From contig JANNED010000174.1 of NCBI GenBank assembly GCA_031388245.1, positions 4,263 through 68,262 of the forward strand: a stretch of 64,000 nt of DNA, in the 5' to 3' direction. Of the stretch, positions 59,255 through 64,000 are shown one piece after another (within the stretch, counting starts at the first letter, position 1; each line of letters opens with the position of its first letter). Below the pieces are notes generated by a model. It had not been told where the DNA came from, ran no database searches, and worked only from the letters and a program-made list of their open reading frames with translations. The translations under genes and the position numbers were made by a program. Origin of the DNA: Variovorax sp. Lineage in GTDB: Bacteria; Pseudomonadota; Gammaproteobacteria; Burkholderiales; Burkholderiaceae_C.

Positions 59255-60736
59255 ATGACCGTTTCCACAGATCTTTTTTCCGCCAAGTTTCAGCCTACGC
59301 TTGCGTTTGGGCGCTTGAGCGTGTTGGCTAGCGCATGCATCGCTTTGAGCGCATGCTCCAGCTTCAACAACACCGCCAGCACCTTAGGCGGGTTGATCAC
59401 CCCATACAAAATAGATGTGGTGCAAGGTAATTTCATCTCCAAGGAACAAAAAGACGCTTTGCAGCTCGGCATGCCGCGTTTGCAGGTGCGCGATATTTTG
59501 GGCTCGCCCTTGGTCACCAGCGCCTTCCATGCCGATCGCTGGGAGTATGTCTTTACGATTTTGCGCCAAGGCCAAGCGCCGCAACAGCGCAAGCTCACGG
59601 TTTTCTTCAAAAATGACGATCTGATCAAAATCGACAGCGATGAAATGATCACCGAGGAGGCTTTTGTGACATCGCTGTCCGCAGGTCGTTCGCTCGGAAA
59701 AGTGCCGCTTTTGGAAGTGCCGCCAGAAGTGTTGCGGGAATTTGGCCTCAAAAACTCTGCGCCAGATGTGGCCGCCGCCGCGTCAAATCCTGGTCAGCGC
59801 GCGACAAACAGCACAGCGCCTGTGAGCTACCCGCCCTTGGAGGCACCCCGCGCCATCCCCTCTGCATGGGATGCCAGCACGCAGCGCGCCGTAGCAGCCA
59901 GCAGCGCCGCTCGCCCTGCTGCACCCATCGCAAGCGCCAATGCACCCTTGCTCACCGCGCAAGCCGCTGCCAGCGTGCCAGCGCCACCCGCCGTGCGCCC
60001 AGCCGTGCCGGTAGCATCTCCTGCGGCAAGCCCGCCTCAAGCTCCGGCTGCACCTGCAACCATTGCAGCACCTGTTGCAGCACCTGCTGCAGCACCCGTG
60101 CCAGCGCTGGCTGCTTCTTCGCCTTCGCCTTCCCCCTCAGCCGTAGCGGCGCCTAGAGTTGCTCCTGTGCCAGCACCCGCTCCTGCGGTGGTCTTGCCGC
60201 CCGTTTCTCCGGTCCCGGCAACACCTATCGTTGCTCAATCCGCCGCAACAGCACCCGCTCCCGTGCAACGTGCTGCTCCTGCTCCTGCTCCTGCCAGTCC
60301 AACTGTTGCGCCTACTGCTCAGGTTTCACCACCCGCTCTGGCTGCTCAGACCGCACCAGCGCCTGTTGCATCCGGCTACACGCTGGCCAACGCAGACCCA
60401 GAAGTCACCACCCTTTTGAACCGCTGGACAAGCGATTGGCAAGCGCGCAATTCAGCCGCCTATTTCGCGCACTATTTACCCGAGTTCAAAGGCACTTCTG
60501 CCACCCGTGCCGAATGGGAAGCACTGCGCCGCACTCGCATCGAAGGCCGCACCCGCATTTCAATTGCTGCCCTTGATGTGCGCGTGCGCATGGTCTCGCC
60601 CACCGAGGCGCGCTTGGTATTTCGCCAAGTCTATGAATCCGATGCATTCAACGAAATCGGCACCAAGGCCATGTTTCTCATCAAGCGCGATGGGCGTTGG
60701 CTGATTGAGCGCGAATTCTTCACACCCGCGCAATAA
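59255..60736 (+). CDS. bamE: BamE/OmlA lipoprotein with long Pro/Ala linker and C-terminal NTF2-like domain
   Basis: LSAC lipobox, [24 protein letters not shown]; divergent from fur, upstream of dapB. Confidence 0.88.
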   Translation: MTVSTDLFSAKFQPTLAFGRLSVLASACIALSACSSFNNTASTLGGLITPYKIDVVQGNFISKEQKDALQLGMPRLQVRDILGSPLVTSAFHADRWEYVFTILRQGQAPQQRKLTVFFKNDDLIKIDSDEMITEEAFVTSLSAGRSLGKVPLLEVPPEVLREFGLKNSAPDVAAAASNPGQRATNSTAPVSYPPLEAPRAIPSAWDASTQRAVAASSAARPAAPIASANAPLLTAQAAASVPAPPAVRPAVPVASPAASPPQAPAAPATIAAPVAAPAAAPVPALAASSPSPSPSAVAAPRVAPVPAPAPAVVLPPVSPVPATPIVAQSAATAPAPVQRAAPAPAPASPTVAPTAQVSPPALAAQTAPAPVASGYTLANADPEVTTLLNRWTSDWQARNSAAYFAHYLPEFKGTSATRAEWEALRRTRIEGRTRISIAALDVRVRMVSPTEARLVFRQVYESDAFNEIGTKAMFLIKRDGRWLIEREFFTPAQ

Positions 60737-60746
60737 GGCAGAGCTG

Positions 60747-61568
60747 ATGCTGCAACAAAAAATATGCATTGCTGGAGCAGGCGGCCGCATGGGGCGCATG
60801 CTGATTGAGGCCGTGAGCAAAGCCGACGATTGTTTGATGGGTGGCGCACTTGATGTGCCGGGCAGCCCCGGCATCGGTTTGGATGCCAGCGGATTTTTAG
60901 GCACCGCCAGCGGCGTGACGATCACGGCTGACATCGCGCAAGCTTTGAATGGCTGCCATGCTTTGATTGATTTCACGCGCCCCGAGGGTACGATGGCGCA
61001 TCTGGCCGAGTGTCTCAGGCAAGGCGTGAGCATGGTGATAGGCACCACAGGTTTTTCTGATGCGCAAAAACAGCAATTGCAGGCTGCATCCAAAGACATC
61101 GCTATTGTGCTCGCGCCCAACATGAGCGTGGGCGTGAACGTGACGCTCAAACTGCTGGAGCTGGCCGCAAAATCTCTGAGCAATGGCTACGACATCGAAA
61201 TCATCGAAACCCACCATCGTCACAAGGTGGATGCACCTTCAGGCACGGCCTTGAAAATGGGCGAAGTGGTGGCTCGTGCTTTAGGTCGTGATCTCAAAGG
61301 CCACGCTGTGTTTGCCAGAGAAGGCATCACGGGTGCGCGTGATCCCCAAGCCATTGGCTTTTCCGCCATTCGCGGCGGCGATATTGTGGGCGATCACACC
61401 GTGATGTTTGCTGGCATTGGTGAGCGCATTGAAATCACCCACAAATCCTCCACCCGCGAAGGCTATGCCGAAGGCGCATTGCGTGCCGTGCGCTTTTTAG
61501 CGCTCAAGAAAAGCGGCATGTTCGATATGTTTGACGTACTGCAATTGAACAACAACACTTCAGCGTGA
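60747..61568 (+). CDS. dapB: 4-hydroxy-tetrahydrodipicolinate reductase
   Basis: [30 protein letters not shown]. Confidence 0.97.
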   Translation: MLQQKICIAGAGGRMGRMLIEAVSKADDCLMGGALDVPGSPGIGLDASGFLGTASGVTITADIAQALNGCHALIDFTRPEGTMAHLAECLRQGVSMVIGTTGFSDAQKQQLQAASKDIAIVLAPNMSVGVNVTLKLLELAAKSLSNGYDIEIIETHHRHKVDAPSGTALKMGEVVARALGRDLKGHAVFAREGITGARDPQAIGFSAIRGGDIVGDHTVMFAGIGERIEITHKSSTREGYAEGALRAVRFLALKKSGMFDMFDVLQLNNNTSA

Positions 61569-61578
61569 TTTTGAAACC

Positions 61579-62226
61579 ATGGATGCACTCGATTTCCTCA
61601 AACAAAGCGATGGTGTTGGCAAATTCATTGCAGTGTTGCTCCTGCTGATGAGCGTGGCCAGCTGGGTGGTGATTTTTTGGAAAGCTTGGGTGATCAAGCG
61701 AGCCGTGCCGGATGTGGCTCAATCGGTGGCTGGCTTTTGGCAGGCGGCTGATGTCAGCCAAGGCCGATCCAGCGTGGCTGCGCTGGATCGCGAGCTGCTG
61801 GTGCTGCCGCTGATCGATGCTTCGCAAACCAATGCCTCAGGCACACTGGCTGCTGCTGGCGATAAAGCGCAGCAGCTCACGCGCTTACTTCGCGATGCGT
61901 TGCACAGCGTTCTCCTCAAATTGCAATTTGGCCAAATTTTGCTCGCTACCGTCGGCTCCACCGCGCCATTCGTCGGCTTGCTCGGCACTGTTTGGGGCAT
62001 CTATCACGCCCTCGTCGGCCTCGTCGGTGCTGGCCAAGTGACGATTGATAAAATCGCCGGCCCCGTAGGCGAGGCGCTCATCATGACAGCCGCTGGCTTA
62101 GCTGTCGCCATTCCTGCTGTGCTCGCCTACAATTTGTTTGGCCGCTACATTGGTCGCATCGAAGCCGATCTTGAAGGCTTCGCGCGCGATCTGCGCGAGC
62201 TTCTTGTGCATCACGCTGTGAAGTAA
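61579..62226 (+). CDS. MotA/TolQ/ExbB proton channel protein
   Basis: STAPFVGLLGTVWGI, EALIMTAAGL.VAIPA. Confidence 0.92.
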   Translation: MDALDFLKQSDGVGKFIAVLLLLMSVASWVVIFWKAWVIKRAVPDVAQSVAGFWQAADVSQGRSSVAALDRELLVLPLIDASQTNASGTLAAAGDKAQQLTRLLRDALHSVLLKLQFGQILLATVGSTAPFVGLLGTVWGIYHALVGLVGAGQVTIDKIAGPVGEALIMTAAGLAVAIPAVLAYNLFGRYIGRIEADLEGFARDLRELLVHHAVK

Positions 62227-62229
62227 GCC

Positions 62230-62652
62230 ATGAGCTTCGGCAAACTCGAGCGCACCAAGGGCGATCAGCCCATGAGCGACATTAACGTCACGCCGCTGGT
62301 GGATGTGATGCTTGTGCTGCTTGTTATCTTCATCATCACCGCGCCTTTGCTCGCAAGCTCAATCAAGCTCGATTTGCCCAATAGCGATGCCGCCAAGCCC
62401 ACAGAAGCGCCTAAATTCGTCACGGTCGTGATCGACAAAAGCGCCAAAGTCTTCCTCGGCGATCAGCCGATTGAGTTGCCGGCGCTCGCGGATAGCCTCA
62501 AACAAAGCGCCAAGCAAAACAAAGACACCGAAGTGCAACTGCGCTCTGATGAGACCGTGCCCTACGGCAAAGTCATCGAAGTGATTGGCATCGCGCAAAA
62601 GGCCGGCCTCACGCGCATTGGTTTTGTGGCCAATCCCCAAGCGTCCAAATAG
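62230..62652 (+). CDS. ExbD/TolR biopolymer transport protein
   Basis: INVTPLVDVMLVLLVIFIITAP. Confidence 0.92.
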   Translation: MSFGKLERTKGDQPMSDINVTPLVDVMLVLLVIFIITAPLLASSIKLDLPNSDAAKPTEAPKFVTVVIDKSAKVFLGDQPIELPALADSLKQSAKQNKDTEVQLRSDETVPYGKVIEVIGIAQKAGLTRIGFVANPQASK

Positions 62653-62668
62653 CCCGTTCGCCCGTCTT

Positions 62669-62697
62669 TGGATATACAATATTCCCTTGTATATCCA
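62669..62697. promoter_or_regulatory. Perfect inverted-repeat operator of the toxin-antitoxin operon
   Basis: TGGATATACAA-N7-TTGTATATCCA overlapping a TACAAT -10 box, just before AGGAG RBS. Confidence 0.8.
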
Positions 62698-62710
62698 TCA
62701 GGAGATCATC

Positions 62711-62980
62711 ATGCAAGTCGCAAAATGGGGCAACAGTCTAGGCGTGCGCCTGCCTGTGGCACTGGTGCAAGCGCTGGGGATTTCCGAGGGCGATGAGCTG
62801 GAGGTGCGGCCTGTCAAGAAAAAAGGCAAGACTGCAATGCCCGCCATTGAGATCAGCCGCGAACCTACGAAAAGAGAGCTGATCGAATCCATGCGCAAAT
62901 ACCGTGGCTCCTGGCCCGAGGGCTGGAAATTTGACCGCGAAGAGGCCAACTCTCGCACGATAGAAAACACGGCGCCATGA
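62711..62980 (+). CDS. vapB: AbrB/MazE-type antitoxin (VapB)
   Basis: MQVAKWGNSLGVRLP..LGISEGD; FDREEAN C-terminus; ATGA overlap with PIN gene. Confidence 0.9.
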   Translation: MQVAKWGNSLGVRLPVALVQALGISEGDELEVRPVKKKGKTAMPAIEISREPTKRELIESMRKYRGSWPEGWKFDREEANSRTIENTAP

Positions 62981-63390
62981 GTATTTTTTTAGATACCAAT
63001 GTGTTGGTATATTGGGTGGATCAGCATCCATATGCTGAGCGTGTTGAAGAGTTATTGGAAAGTGATTGCGTGATCAGTGCGCAGGTGCTCAACGAGTTTG
63101 CCAATGTGCTGCGCGGTAAGCGGAAAATGCCTTGGCGAGAGATTGGAAAAATCAGCCTCACGCTGCAAGGCATTTGCAAAGTGTGTGATCTCACTTTGAG
63201 CACCCACAAGCTGGCTGTTTACTTGGGTGAGCGGTATCAGTTCAATATTTTTGATGCGAACATCGTTGCTGCGGCTGCCGGAATGCGCTGCGATGTGGTG
63301 TATTCAGAAGACATGCAGCATGGCTTGAATGTGAAAATTCCCACGCAGTTTGGCGGCAACTCGCTGTCGATTAAAAATCCGTTTCTTTGA
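62977..63390 (+). CDS. vapC: PIN-domain ribonuclease toxin (VapC)
   Basis: FLDTNVL, QVLNEF, FDANI, SED acidic active-site residues. Confidence 0.9.
   Translation: MSIFLDTNVLVYWVDQHPYAERVEELLESDCVISAQVLNEFANVLRGKRKMPWREIGKISLTLQGICKVCDLTLSTHKLAVYLGERYQFNIFDANIVAAAAGMRCDVVYSEDMQHGLNVKIPTQFGGNSLSIKNPFL

Positions 63391-64000
<610 letters not shown>

Noticed and set aside
59760-60380. Tandem DNA repeat or VNTR in the bamE linker
   Set aside because: Only short low-complexity codon runs (GCACCT, GCTCCT) encoding Pro/Ala; no true repeat unit

Overview
Core chromosomal window of a GC-rich betaproteobacterium; gene content and order suggest Comamonadaceae (inference). From left to right it carries: a sugar-acid ABC/catabolic operon (lactonase, cytochrome b561, gntK, idnO, idnD); a sigma54-controlled Liv-type ABC operon with a PhaZc-like hydrolase; katG, corA, dacB and a GDSL lipase-OmpW pair; a Pil/Chp-type chemosensory cluster; kdsD-lptC; Bug/TAXI receptors; glpKD, proC, ilvE; an LPS glycosylation cluster and ampG; cinA-pgpA-fur; an extended bamE, dapB, exbBD, a vapBC module and the start of leuS. 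No rRNA, tRNA, CRISPR, IS or prophage was recognised. The strongest unexplained signal is a dispersed 41-bp bipartite DNA motif, RCTAT-N7-ATAGC-N18-GCCGGC, found 9 times by eye with invariant spacing in both orientations. Four copies lie inside intact genes (cheA-like, SDR, glpK, cinA), each read in a different frame. Other notable items: a 7-codon CorL-like leader peptide before corA, a BamE fused to a Pro/Ala linker and an NTF2-like domain, many apparent leaderless starts, and a cytochrome b561 inside an idonate/ketogulonate operon. Start codons were adjusted by eye and product calls rest on motif recognition, not database searches.
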